From: an uncultured Gammaproteobacteria bacterium
GTDB taxonomy: Bacteria; Patescibacteriota; Microgenomatia; Levybacterales; GWA1-39-11
NCBI GenBank assembly: GCA_964651815.1
Contig: CAZYWG010000002.1
Span: forward strand, 28,522-92,521
Direction: 5' to 3'
Length of the DNA: 64,000 nucleotides
Under the pieces are notes generated by a model. It searched no databases and had not been told where the DNA came from. It saw only the letters and a list, made by a program, of their open reading frames with translations. The first letter of the stretch is position 1. The number at the start of each line of letters is the position of its first letter. The translations under genes and the position numbers were made by a program. Positions 39,459 through 48,408 of this stretch are shown here, in pieces.

Positions 39459-39923
39459 CTACATTATCTGATCCACCACTATTTTTGTATCTCCGTGGGT
39501 CGGAAGGTTGGCAATTTCTGCTTTTGTGAACCAACCAATGTCATGGGTTTCATCTTTGTTAAAAACAAATTTTTGCTCATCTACTTCCACTACATAATTT
39601 ATATCTATATGAAAATGCTTGGGTTGGTCTTTATGAGAAGGAATCATTTGCTCCATGACAAATTTTGGGACGGGTAAAAAACTTGCGTCTTCATCAATAT
39701 AATTTATTTCTTTCAATAAAAAATTTATATTGAGACCCGTTTCTTCCTGGACTTCCCTGACTGCTGCCTCAACCGGATTTTCAAACCTCTCGATGTGACC
39801 GCCGGGTTGTTGCCATTTGCCAAGTTTTTTGTGGTGGATAAGTAGCATTTTCTTGGGAGTACTCGAACTTAAAATCCAAACAGACGCGGTATATTGTTTC
39901 TCTCCCTCAATGACCTTATTCAT
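39459..39923 (-). CDS. NUDIX hydrolase
   Basis: PGGHIE..E....AAVREVQEETGL Nudix box. Confidence 0.92.
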   Translation of the reverse strand: MNKVIEGEKQYTASVWILSSSTPKKMLLIHHKKLGKWQQPGGHIERFENPVEAAVREVQEETGLNINFLLKEINYIDEDASFLPVPKFVMEQMIPSHKDQPKHFHIDINYVVEVDEQKFVFNKDETHDIGWFTKAEIANLPTHGDTKIVVDQIM

Positions 39924-39928
39924 AATAG

Positions 39929-39963
39929 CTAGTGTCTAGTTGCTAGCGTTTAGCGTTCAGTTG
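39929..39963. repeat. 7-mer array, 3' arm of inverted repeat around four-helix-bundle gene
   Basis: ctagtgt ctagttg ctagcgt ttagcgt tcagttg. Confidence 0.85.
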
Positions 39964-40320
39964 TTTAAACTTCGACGTCATAGAATTTAACATTTTTGAA
40001 ACCTCAAGCAATAAATTTTCTGCCTCGGCGAAGTCTTCCAGTTTGGCAAACTTTAAATCTTTCGAAATTATAAGTTGGGTTTCAATCTCTAGTGCTGATC
40101 CATATGCAATAGAAAAGAATTGACTGTATTCCTTTGGCGATTTACGACCATATCCTTCAGCAATTGTAGAAGGGATTCTTATTACGGCTCTTCGCAACTG
40201 AGCAGTCATTATATAAAGTTCTGATCCTGGGAATTTATTTGTGAGAACATATATTTCCTTCACTAACCGAACCGATTTTTGCCAAACTATCAATTCCTTG
40301 TAAGATTTTATATAAGTCAT
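39943..40320 (-). CDS. Four-helix bundle protein (23S rRNA IVS protein/bAvd-like family)
   Basis: SYKELIVWQK, T..FP..E.Y....QLRRA...IP..IAEG.GR, F.SIA.GS..E.ETQL. Confidence 0.92.
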   Translation of the reverse strand: MTYIKSYKELIVWQKSVRLVKEIYVLTNKFPGSELYIMTAQLRRAVIRIPSTIAEGYGRKSPKEYSQFFSIAYGSALEIETQLIISKDLKFAKLEDFAEAENLLLEVSKMLNSMTSKFKQLNAKR

Positions 40321-40324
40321 TTTT

Positions 40325-40352
40325 CTAGACGCTAGACCCTAATAACTAGACG
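40325..40352. repeat. 7-mer array, 5' arm of inverted repeat around four-helix-bundle gene
   Basis: ctagacg ctagacc ctaataa ctagacg; contains the prfB stop codon. Confidence 0.85.
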
Positions 40353-41347
40353 CTTTTTAGCTCCGCGTCAATAAACATATCAATATCTCCATCCAAGACT
40401 GCTTCAGTATTACTTGTCTCCGCTTTTGTCCGCAAGTCTTTTACCATTTGATAAGGGTGCAAAACATATGAACGGATTTGATTTCCCCAGGAAGCAGGTT
40501 TATATTTTCCTTTTAAAACCGATTCCGCATCTTTTCTCTCTTCTTCCTGCTTCACCCAAAGTTTTGCTTTTAACAATTTCAATGCATACTCACGATTTTG
40601 TGCTTGGAATCTTTCCGTTTGACAGGTTACTATAATTCCCGTCGGTTTATGTTTCAGCCTGACTGCGCTAGATACTTTCTGGACATTTTGTCCGCCGTGA
40701 GAAGACGCACGGTAAAAATCCCACTCAAGATCATCTTCTTTTATTTCTAAATCGACGCTCTCAACTTCCGGCAATACTTCAACAAGCGCGAATGACGTTT
40801 GTCTGAGTTGATTTGCATTGAAAGGAGACAAACGAACCAACCTATGTGTACCCTGCTCACCTCTTAAATATCCGTATGCAAAATTTCCTTCAACAGAAAG
40901 CGTTGCAGATTTAATCCCCGCCTCTTCTCCTGCCGTTTCATCAACTACTTCATAATTCCAGCCTTTTCTTTCAAAATACCTGATATACATCCGCTCAAGC
41001 ATCACGGCCCAATCCATTGCGTCAGCCCCTCCTTGGCCCGCGTGAATTGTCATAATTGCATTATTTTTGTCGTAAGGACCTGAGAGATACAAATAAACTT
41101 CCATGTCAGAAAGAAGTGTTTGCAGACCGGTTGTACTGTCTGACTCAATATATTCTTGAAGTTTTTTGGCGTCTTCCGTTTCTTTTTGGAGGGCGGCCAT
41201 TTCCTTCATTTTCTTTGTTGCCGCTTGGCTGTCTTTCCAGAAATCCGGATCCATGGAAAGTGCCTCTATTTCCCTAATTCGGGTTTCTTTTTCATTTATA
41301 TCTATTTTTGATAGTAAAACTTTTGCGCGTTCAATTAAATCATCCAT
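40346..41347 (-). CDS. prfB: Peptide chain release factor 2 (no programmed frameshift)
   Basis: HRLVRLSPF (SPF tripeptide), GGQ, WGNQIRSYVLHPY. Confidence 0.95.
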   Translation of the reverse strand: MDDLIERAKVLLSKIDINEKETRIREIEALSMDPDFWKDSQAATKKMKEMAALQKETEDAKKLQEYIESDSTTGLQTLLSDMEVYLYLSGPYDKNNAIMTIHAGQGGADAMDWAVMLERMYIRYFERKGWNYEVVDETAGEEAGIKSATLSVEGNFAYGYLRGEQGTHRLVRLSPFNANQLRQTSFALVEVLPEVESVDLEIKEDDLEWDFYRASSHGGQNVQKVSSAVRLKHKPTGIIVTCQTERFQAQNREYALKLLKAKLWVKQEEERKDAESVLKGKYKPASWGNQIRSYVLHPYQMVKDLRTKAETSNTEAVLDGDIDMFIDAELKSV

Positions 41348-41370
41348 GCTTGCTTCGATTTTACCAGAAA

Positions 41371-41438
41371 ATGCTTATAGACTACAGCCTAATATCTACA
41401 ATTACATGCCGTAGTCGGTAGTCTGTAGAGCATAAGCA
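41371..41438. repeat. Intergenic 7-mer hairpin upstream of prfB
   Basis: atgcttatagactac ... gtagtcg gtagtct gtagagc ataagca; imperfect inverted repeat. Confidence 0.7.
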
Positions 41439-41485
41439 CCTTTATAGCCTTGACTTCTTTTCACGGAATTGGTTATATTAAGATA

Positions 41486-43834
41486 GTGCACGTAAAGAAT
41501 TTATCACAAGAGCCGGGTCACACAGAACATAAAAAACATTATCCCTTTTTGGATATTGAGCATAAAATTAGTCTTTTAGTATTTGCGTTACTTGCCATTG
41601 TTGGAATTTCTTTAACTTTTTTTATCAACAATAGTACCAAAAGAATTCTATTCACCACAGAAAGTTCAAATTCTCTCCAAATATCAAGTTTCAATCCCAG
41701 TTACTTTGGGCAGAAACTCTCAGTTCCACACACAGACAATGAAATGATTGTGAGATACCGTCCGACGGTCGATATTCAAGCTGGAAGTCAAGGTTCGTCA
41801 AGTTTTAAACCTAGTGATATAACAGGAGGCATTCCACAGGAAGCAATAGATGCTTTAAAACAGATTGGTGTCACATCAATGGAAAAAGTAATAAAAAACG
41901 CAAGCACAACTTCAACTGCAGCCCAAACTTATATATCAAATATTTATAAACTTACACTTTCTCCGGGTGCCGATCTTACAGCTGCGATGCAGGCAGTTTG
42001 TACTGATTCGAGTATTGAAATGTATTGCGAACCAAATTATAAACTTTCCCTTGCAACGCAACCCTCATCGGCCGGTGTCGGGCAGCTCTCAACTGTAGCG
42101 ACAACAGGGGACCCTAGAGGTGGGAAAATAGCTTTAGTTGATGCGCCTCTTCCGGTAGGCTACAACGCAGCAGCACAGGCTATGGGAATGCCATCAATTT
42201 CCCAAAGTCAGGTTATGAGTGGTGCAGAGGCGCCAAGAACAGATCAGTACTTAGGACATTCACTTGCTATAGCAATTGAATTGTTCTCTGTAGACTCAAT
42301 TACTCCGATTATATACGCCGGTGCTTGTGGTGATCTTTGCTCAAATAGTGATATAGCAAATGCAATTGTTTACTCCTCAGATAACGGCGCAAAAGTAATT
42401 TACCTTGGAATAAGTGGTAATTTTCCCCAAGGCGTTGAACCTTTAAGTATTAATAGCGCTGTTAGTTATGCCAAAAGTAAAGGTGCAGCTGTAGTCATAG
42501 CCAACATTAATAGTTCTCTTACTTCCTACGCTTCTCAGCACAAAAAATTGTCACTCCTTGAGAAATTCTTTTCCCTACTCGCTCCACACAAAGCGTTTGC
42601 AGATCCACCTGCACCTCCAACTTCTACATGTGGAAATTGCAGTGGCACTGCTCCCACAGCCGGCAGCGTAGCTAACAGTCTAAATACATTAGCTAACTCA
42701 TTCAACAGTGGTACGATCACCAATGCAACTCAGGTACAAGCTTATATGGCCATATATAACGCTAATGCAGGTACGCTAAACCAATCAAATGGAGGGCAAC
42801 AAGCCCTAACTATGTTGAATGCATCCGGAGCTAAAGCAATAGAAGCAGAAAAAACATTTCAAGAGACCCAGGGAGGAGGATTATTTGCATTAAATCAAGC
42901 TCTTCAGAATTTTAGTAACGATGCCGAAAAAGCTAACACAGCTCTCCAACAAAATTTGCAAGCAAAAGGTGATAATTCAAATCCATTAAATGATGTTAAG
43001 GGTGGTCTGGGAGGCGCGCTTCAAAGTGCGGTATTCCTCCAGGCAAAAGATATAAATCCAGGAGCTGAGAACGCACAAATTTTGGAAACTATGGCTAAGG
43101 GTTTCTCAGAAGAAACTGGGACTTACGATATTGACGCGATTATGTCACAGGTTGCCTTACTACCTTCGGCTCCTCAAAACCCTGATGATCCAGCTGCGGA
43201 TCATAATATACCACCCCCGGGTAGTAATACTAACGGAACTGGCACGGGTACTGGCATGCATAATGGTGGACTCACTACCGGGTCAACGAATCAAAATAAT
43301 GGACCATATACATTTGGTGGTGGACAAACTGGTGTTTTTTATAACTCCGTCGCAGGACAGGGCTATCCTGTTGGTACATCAGCTATTACTTATAATACTC
43401 CCCCTGCTGGAACTCACTACGGGTCACTTGCAGGGGCGAATTATTCCGGTCTGGGTTCTGCCTACAACGCAGCTCCTGGATCTCAATTTACGGTAGTCGG
43501 TAGTGCTTATGGACCAAATTATGGGCAAACAACTATGCAGATGGCTGCCAATGGTGCCTGGCAACAGGTTGGATTTAGTTATGGTCCTGGACAGAATCCG
43601 GGCCCTGGCTACGGGCAGCCGGCCCAAGGAACAACTATGGCTGGTGGTGGCGTTTACAACGGAGCGGGCGCATGGATATTTGGGGGAGCCGGAGGACCAG
43701 ACGGACCTAATTATGGAGGAGGAAGCGGAGGAGGAAATGGTGGTGGAGCGATAGACACAAGTGGTTTTGGTTCTTCTGCAGCGAATGATAATGGCGGAGG
43801 TGGAGATGCAGGTAATGGAGGCTTAGGGCTCTAA
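41486..43834 (+). CDS. Membrane-anchored protein: subtilase-like prodomain + partial S8-like domain + Gly-rich tail
   Basis: TM; NEMIVRY..YCEPNY; IALVD; GHSLAIA; DIANAIVY..DNGAKVI; no GTSM. GTG 41486 follows TTGACT..TATATT. Confidence 0.7.
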   Translation: MHVKNLSQEPGHTEHKKHYPFLDIEHKISLLVFALLAIVGISLTFFINNSTKRILFTTESSNSLQISSFNPSYFGQKLSVPHTDNEMIVRYRPTVDIQAGSQGSSSFKPSDITGGIPQEAIDALKQIGVTSMEKVIKNASTTSTAAQTYISNIYKLTLSPGADLTAAMQAVCTDSSIEMYCEPNYKLSLATQPSSAGVGQLSTVATTGDPRGGKIALVDAPLPVGYNAAAQAMGMPSISQSQVMSGAEAPRTDQYLGHSLAIAIELFSVDSITPIIYAGACGDLCSNSDIANAIVYSSDNGAKVIYLGISGNFPQGVEPLSINSAVSYAKSKGAAVVIANINSSLTSYASQHKKLSLLEKFFSLLAPHKAFADPPAPPTSTCGNCSGTAPTAGSVANSLNTLANSFNSGTITNATQVQAYMAIYNANAGTLNQSNGGQQALTMLNASGAKAIEAEKTFQETQGGGLFALNQALQNFSNDAEKANTALQQNLQAKGDNSNPLNDVKGGLGGALQSAVFLQAKDINPGAENAQILETMAKGFSEETGTYDIDAIMSQVALLPSAPQNPDDPAADHNIPPPGSNTNGTGTGTGMHNGGLTTGSTNQNNGPYTFGGGQTGVFYNSVAGQGYPVGTSAITYNTPPAGTHYGSLAGANYSGLGSAYNAAPGSQFTVVGSAYGPNYGQTTMQMAANGAWQQVGFSYGPGQNPGPGYGQPAQGTTMAGGGVYNGAGAWIFGGAGGPDGPNYGGGSGGGNGGGAIDTSGFGSSAANDNGGGGDAGNGGLGL

Positions 43835-43841
43835 AAAATCT

Positions 43842-44801
43842 ATGGAACACACATATCAAAAAGGGTCATTTTGGGAAAGATTATTGGCCTATTTAATTGA
43901 TAATGTACTAGTCCTAATCCCAATCTTTTTGGTTAATACAATTTTGACCTACCTTCACCTAAATTTCTTTTATCTTAACCTTCTTCTCCCAATAGACTTT
44001 TTAATTATTGCGCTTTACAACGTTTTTCTTGTAGCAAGGACAGGATCCACAATTGGTAAAAAACTTCTAAAACTTAAGGTGGTTGACACTGAATACCTTG
44101 ATGTATCTCTGAAAAAAGTTTTAATGCGCGAAGTTTTAGGAAAACTTATCTCTAGTGCAAGTTTTGGCTTAGGCTTTGTTTGGGTTTTAAAGGACAAGCA
44201 AAAACAAGCCCTTCATGACAAAGTTGGAAAAACGTATGTTGTAAAACTAAATAAAGAAGGAAGTTTAATTCCTTCTGAAGCGAGTCGCCCAAAACTTTTT
44301 GAAACTGTTCTCTTTTTTGTTTTTTCTATTCCGCTTTTTCTTTTACTCATTTATTTCATTACCTATTCAACCGTTGGTATTCCAACACAAATTACAGGTG
44401 ATATGATGGAACCTACTCTAAAACCAGGCCAATATGTCTTAGTCAGACCGCCAATATTTATAAAACGGTCCGATATTGTAGTTTATAATGCAGTGATTGA
44501 TGGAAAACCGGTGCAGTTTTTGCAAAGAGTAATTGCCCTTCCGAATGAAACTATCGTTTTAAAAAATTCAGAGATTTATATTAATGGCAGAAGGCTTGCA
44601 CAAAGCAGAGTCATACCAAAAGGTGTAAAAACAAAAGCAGGTCTCTTTTTACAAGAGAATAGGGCTATAAAACTTTATTATGGCTTTTTCATCTTAATGG
44701 GAGATAATAGAGAAGCAAGTCTTGACTCGCGAGATATGGGAGCAATTCCAATTTCTGCAATTACAGGAAAAGCATCTAGTTGTGTTTGGAATTGTCGTTA
44801 A
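43842..44801 (+). CDS. RDD domain fused to signal peptidase I-like (S26) domain with substituted catalytic dyad
   Basis: FWERLLAYLID, TIGK.LL.LKVV, QALHDK..T.VV (RDD); MEPTL.PG, RVIALP, GDNR..S.DSR (S26). Confidence 0.82.
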   Translation: MEHTYQKGSFWERLLAYLIDNVLVLIPIFLVNTILTYLHLNFFYLNLLLPIDFLIIALYNVFLVARTGSTIGKKLLKLKVVDTEYLDVSLKKVLMREVLGKLISSASFGLGFVWVLKDKQKQALHDKVGKTYVVKLNKEGSLIPSEASRPKLFETVLFFVFSIPLFLLLIYFITYSTVGIPTQITGDMMEPTLKPGQYVLVRPPIFIKRSDIVVYNAVIDGKPVQFLQRVIALPNETIVLKNSEIYINGRRLAQSRVIPKGVKTKAGLFLQENRAIKLYYGFFILMGDNREASLDSRDMGAIPISAITGKASSCVWNCR

Positions 44802-45704
44802 CTAATTACTCTTTAGTTTACCTTTAATCACCGAATAGCTGGTTGCGTAAAAGACTCCAATTGTGATTAGTAATCCCCCTATTATTAGTTGTCCCGATAT
44901 TTTTTCGTGTGCCAGGGGAATCGCGGTTAATGAAGAAAAAACAGGGACAAAATATGTAAAAATAGAAGCAACAAATGAGGAGGTTTTACTTATTCCGTAT
45001 TGGTAAAGAAATACGAGGGCACCTGACGAGATAATACCGACCCCAAAAATACTTCCTATAACCTCTGGTCTTAAATGGTTTAGATTGATACTTGTTGAAG
45101 AAAATTCAAAAGGTGAAATTATACCAACTATTAAAAGTGTGATAAGGAAACTAAAAAAGGTTGTTACAACCGGTCCATTGCGATCGGTTAATTTCTTAGA
45201 AAATGAAAAATAGAAAGACCATGATATAACAGCGCACAATATTATGACATTCCCAAGAGGCGTACCTAGAGATATAGATTGTACCTTGCTAAAAGATTCC
45301 CAAATTAAAAATGCTGTTCCTGAGAGTGCTATAGCAGCTCCAATTATTTTATTTTGTCCAATTTTCTCTTTGAAAAGGAAAAATGAAAAAAGACCAACAA
45401 AAAGAGGCACTAAAGTGTATAGAATTTGAGATGTTATTATGGTTGTGAATCTGAGTCCAATTGCAAATAAAGTTGCATTCAGCATGAAAAAGATAGAATT
45501 AAAAATGATTTTTGGGAAATCCTCTGAATGAAATTTCTTCCTTTGTGAAAGAAAAATAGGAAAGAATACAAGAGTCGCAACGAGAAATCTTAAAGCAGTA
45601 AATGTTATGGGCGGAATCTCGCTTGTACCAATTCTGACAAAAAGAGGGCTGAAAGCCCCTCCCAGAAAATTAGCAAAAATTAGAGCAAAAATTCCTTCTG
45701 TCAT
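44802..45704 (-). CDS. EamA/DMT family transporter
   Basis: About 10 TMs, duplicated EamA pattern (RF, P.F...F.KEKI). Confidence 0.88.
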   Translation of the reverse strand: MTEGIFALIFANFLGGAFSPLFVRIGTSEIPPITFTALRFLVATLVFFPIFLSQRKKFHSEDFPKIIFNSIFFMLNATLFAIGLRFTTIITSQILYTLVPLFVGLFSFFLFKEKIGQNKIIGAAIALSGTAFLIWESFSKVQSISLGTPLGNVIILCAVISWSFYFSFSKKLTDRNGPVVTTFFSFLITLLIVGIISPFEFSSTSINLNHLRPEVIGSIFGVGIISSGALVFLYQYGISKTSSFVASIFTYFVPVFSSLTAIPLAHEKISGQLIIGGLLITIGVFYATSYSVIKGKLKSN

Positions 45705-46114
45705 TATTTATTGTTACAAACCAAATTACAAAATGCGCCTAACGCGCCCTTTTTACCCTGGAGAGTCTGAAGGTCGCCAATTAATTTCTGAATTGCGCTG
45801 TCCGAGGCTCCTACATTGTCTGAAGTAATTTGTGAAAGTGTAGTTTTTGCGTTTTGAATTACACTATCAATATCTTTTTTTGTTGGAAGCGGAGGTACAT
45901 TTTGGGAAGCAACGCTTGCTGTTGAGACACCGAGTACACGAATATTTTTGGCTTGACTTAAAGTGTTGTCCATAAATTTAAAAAAGTATGAACCCACTAT
46001 AAAAAGGAATATTAACACTACAATTCCTATTCCAATTTTTTTGAGATCCCAGGAGGATTCAACAATCTCACCTTCTTGGGCTTCTTCATCTCTGTCAATT
46101 TTAAGTTTCGCCAT
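45704..46114 (-). CDS. Hypothetical single-TM protein
   Basis: ORF with one TM and VLG motif; TATAAT shortly upstream. Confidence 0.65.
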   Translation of the reverse strand: MAKLKIDRDEEAQEGEIVESSWDLKKIGIGIVVLIFLFIVGSYFFKFMDNTLSQAKNIRVLGVSTASVASQNVPPLPTKKDIDSVIQNAKTTLSQITSDNVGASDSAIQKLIGDLQTLQGKKGALGAFCNLVCNNK

Positions 46115-46242
46115 TTACACTGATTATAATATATCCACTTAAATTTATTCTAATATTTCCTGCTGTTTTTTATTTATAATACTAATTTAAACTGGATTGA
46201 TTTTTTGCGTTTTGAGTTGATCTATTATGCTATAATCCAGTC

Positions 46243-46581
46243 ATGGACTTAAAAATTATCGAAGAAAAAGTGCGTAGAATCAATGACAAAACCAGCTTTG
46301 ACTACACGCTCAACACACCAAAAGAAAAAGAAATACTCGCTAAAACTGTCAAACTGAATGAAGAAGTTGGCGAGTTATGTAACGATATATTGTCAATTTT
46401 ACGCCTCCAGAGAAAATCAAAACTTGAGCGCTTTGACAAAAGGAATATATACCAGGAATTTGCAGATGTATTGATAACTCTTATGCAGCTCGCAATTGCT
46501 TCAAATGTTGACCTGGACCGCGCTGTAAAAGATAAAATTGAAACTATTTCAGCGAGAATTGAAAAAGAGAAACGAGGATAA
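46243..46581 (+). CDS. MazG-like nucleotide pyrophosphohydrolase domain protein
   Basis: KLNEEVGEL...EFADVLI; TGcTATAAT just upstream. Confidence 0.8.
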   Translation: MDLKIIEEKVRRINDKTSFDYTLNTPKEKEILAKTVKLNEEVGELCNDILSILRLQRKSKLERFDKRNIYQEFADVLITLMQLAIASNVDLDRAVKDKIETISARIEKEKRG

Positions 46582-46665
46582 ATTGCTCTTACCTGTTTCT
46601 TACAATACTCTGTATGTTTTTTGACCGATATAGATCATTATTAAGCTTGTAATTTTAATAAATCT

Positions 46666-47331
46666 ATGACCCAGAAAATTTTAGTTGTCGAGGACGACGC
46701 ACCACTTCAAGAATTATTAAAAGATTTGCTTTCCGAGGCCGGGTTCTCAGTTGAGATTGCTTCAGACGGTGTTGAAGCGCTCGCTCTAATGAAAAAATCG
46801 CCGGCAAGTCTAGTTGTTTTAGACCTTGGATTACCCAAAATCAGTGGGGAAATGGTTTGTACAGAAATTAAAAAAAAGTACCCAGAATCACCAATCATTA
46901 TTTTGACAGCCCGTGGAGATACCTCCGATGTCATAAGGGGACTAAATCTTGGCGCAGATGATTATCTTGCAAAGCCTTTTGACGGAAATGAGCTAATTGC
47001 AAGAATCAATGCAAGGCTTCGTGAAATAGTTGATACAAAATTAAAAGTTGCAGACTTAGAACTTGACCGTACTACTCTTGAGATAAAAAGAGGAAGGAAA
47101 CCAATAAATCTCACGCCAACGGAATTTAAATTACTAGAATACCTCATGAGTAATAAAGGGCGAGTATTATCAAGGGAAATGATCCTAAACCGTATTTGGC
47201 TTACGTCTCCTGATATTGAGACACGAGTTGTAGATGTTTATATGGGATATCTTCGCAAAAAAATAGATAACGGGTTTGAAAAAGCACTTATACAATCAAT
47301 GCGCGGATTTGGCTACGTAATAAAAGACTAA
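46666..47331 (+). CDS. OmpR/PhoB-family response regulator
   Basis: VVEDD, LDLGLP, GADDYLAKPF, LTPTEF.LL, VDVY..YLRKK, RGFGY. Confidence 0.95.
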   Translation: MTQKILVVEDDAPLQELLKDLLSEAGFSVEIASDGVEALALMKKSPASLVVLDLGLPKISGEMVCTEIKKKYPESPIIILTARGDTSDVIRGLNLGADDYLAKPFDGNELIARINARLREIVDTKLKVADLELDRTTLEIKRGRKPINLTPTEFKLLEYLMSNKGRVLSREMILNRIWLTSPDIETRVVDVYMGYLRKKIDNGFEKALIQSMRGFGYVIKD

Positions 47332-47421
47332 GGGCTCGTCCATTAATAACCTGGTTGTTATTTATGATTGCGGCACTGTGTGGCGAGGTCGATCCTGATA
47401 TTATTAACGAACGCGGGCCTA
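47331..47421. repeat. ~90 bp element with imperfect terminal inverted repeats (MITE-like or RNA hairpin)
   Basis: gggctcgtccattaataa ... ttattaacgaacgcgggcc. Confidence 0.45.
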
Positions 47422-47522
47422 ATTCCTCTAAAGCTTTTAATTCTTACTTTACTCTTACTGCGTCTTCATTTGCTTTATATCAATTGCTTCTAAAATTGAC
47501 GAATGATTGGGGGTGAGAAGAT

Positions 47523-47780
47523 TTGAATATAATACTCTGGATAATATTCGGGGCAATTGCCGGCTGGATTAGTTCAGTTATAATGAAAACCGATGGTGAA
47601 CAGGGCTTATTCATGGATATTCTACTTGGAATTGTAGGCGCTGTTTTTGGCGGGTTTATCATGAGCCTTCTCGGAGAACCCGGTGTAACTGGATTTAACC
47701 TCTATAGTTTTATTGTAGCAATTGTAGGATCTGTTGTCTTAATTGCTATAGGTAGGGCATTAACAGCCTCAAGATACTAA
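47523..47780 (+). CDS. GlsB/YeaQ/YmgE stress-response membrane protein
   Basis: WIIFGAIAGWI, ILLGIVGA..GG, GFNLYS..VA.VG; TTG start with GGGGGTGA SD. Confidence 0.9.
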   Translation: MNIILWIIFGAIAGWISSVIMKTDGEQGLFMDILLGIVGAVFGGFIMSLLGEPGVTGFNLYSFIVAIVGSVVLIAIGRALTASRY

Positions 47781-47785
47781 TAAAT

Positions 47786-47828
47786 AAAAAGAGGGCGGTA
47801 AATATAAAAACTTCCGCTCTCTTTTTTT
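47786..47828. terminator. Bidirectional Rho-independent terminator
   Basis: AAAAAGAGGGCGG ... CCGCTCTCTTTTTTT between convergent genes. Confidence 0.8.
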
Positions 47829-47844
47829 GTGAAATTAGTGCTGC

Positions 47845-48168
47845 CTATCTCAGATGAGCGTGTTCGTGGTGAAGGATTATTGGGGTAAAAATTGCATTAA
47901 TAAGTGCGATTAGAAGCGAGAAAATAATTGTGTACGCTATCAGCGCAACAAACGCTGAAACGTCAACGACCCCGCCAATGTTTATATCTCCAAACATTCC
48001 TTTGAAGGGATAAATAAAACCGTTACTTATTGAATATATCCATGAAACAATAGGAGTCGCTGGATTAGCAGAAAAAAATCTAAGTATAATCCTTAGAGCT
48101 AAAAATATACCAATGAACCCTCCTATCACATTTATGACTCTTGTCAAAATAAGTTTTAGATTTTCCAT
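47845..48168 (-). CDS. YggT-family membrane protein
   Basis: LRIILRFF.AN...P...WIY..S...I.PF.G.F. Confidence 0.75.
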   Translation of the reverse strand: MENLKLILTRVINVIGGFIGIFLALRIILRFFSANPATPIVSWIYSISNGFIYPFKGMFGDINIGGVVDVSAFVALIAYTIIFSLLIALINAIFTPIILHHEHAHLR

Positions 48169-48169
48169 G

Positions 48170-48352
48170 TTATCTGATTGCTATTCTTCCGTTAAATATA
48201 GAGAGGGGTTTGAAGTAATTTACCTTCACGCTTCTCTGTGAAACAAAACTTACTTTTCTATATGTGCGGTGATTTTTGGGTTCAACATCAGTTTTTGAAC
48301 TTAAAACAACATAGAAATCGTTTAGAACTGTGTCTTTTAGAAAGTTATTCAT
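48170..48352 (-). CDS. Small hypothetical protein
   Basis: 60-aa ORF whose stop abuts the YggT start. Confidence 0.35.
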   Translation of the reverse strand: MNNFLKDTVLNDFYVVLSSKTDVEPKNHRTYRKVSFVSQRSVKVNYFKPLSIFNGRIAIR

Positions 48353-48408
48353 AAGACATATAATAGCTCCTGGACTTAAGATTACAAGAAAAAAAACGTA
48401 AGAATTTG

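Noticed and set aside
39943-40320. Diversity-generating retroelement (because of the bAvd-like fold)
   Set aside because: No reverse transcriptase or TR/VR pair was seen in the window.
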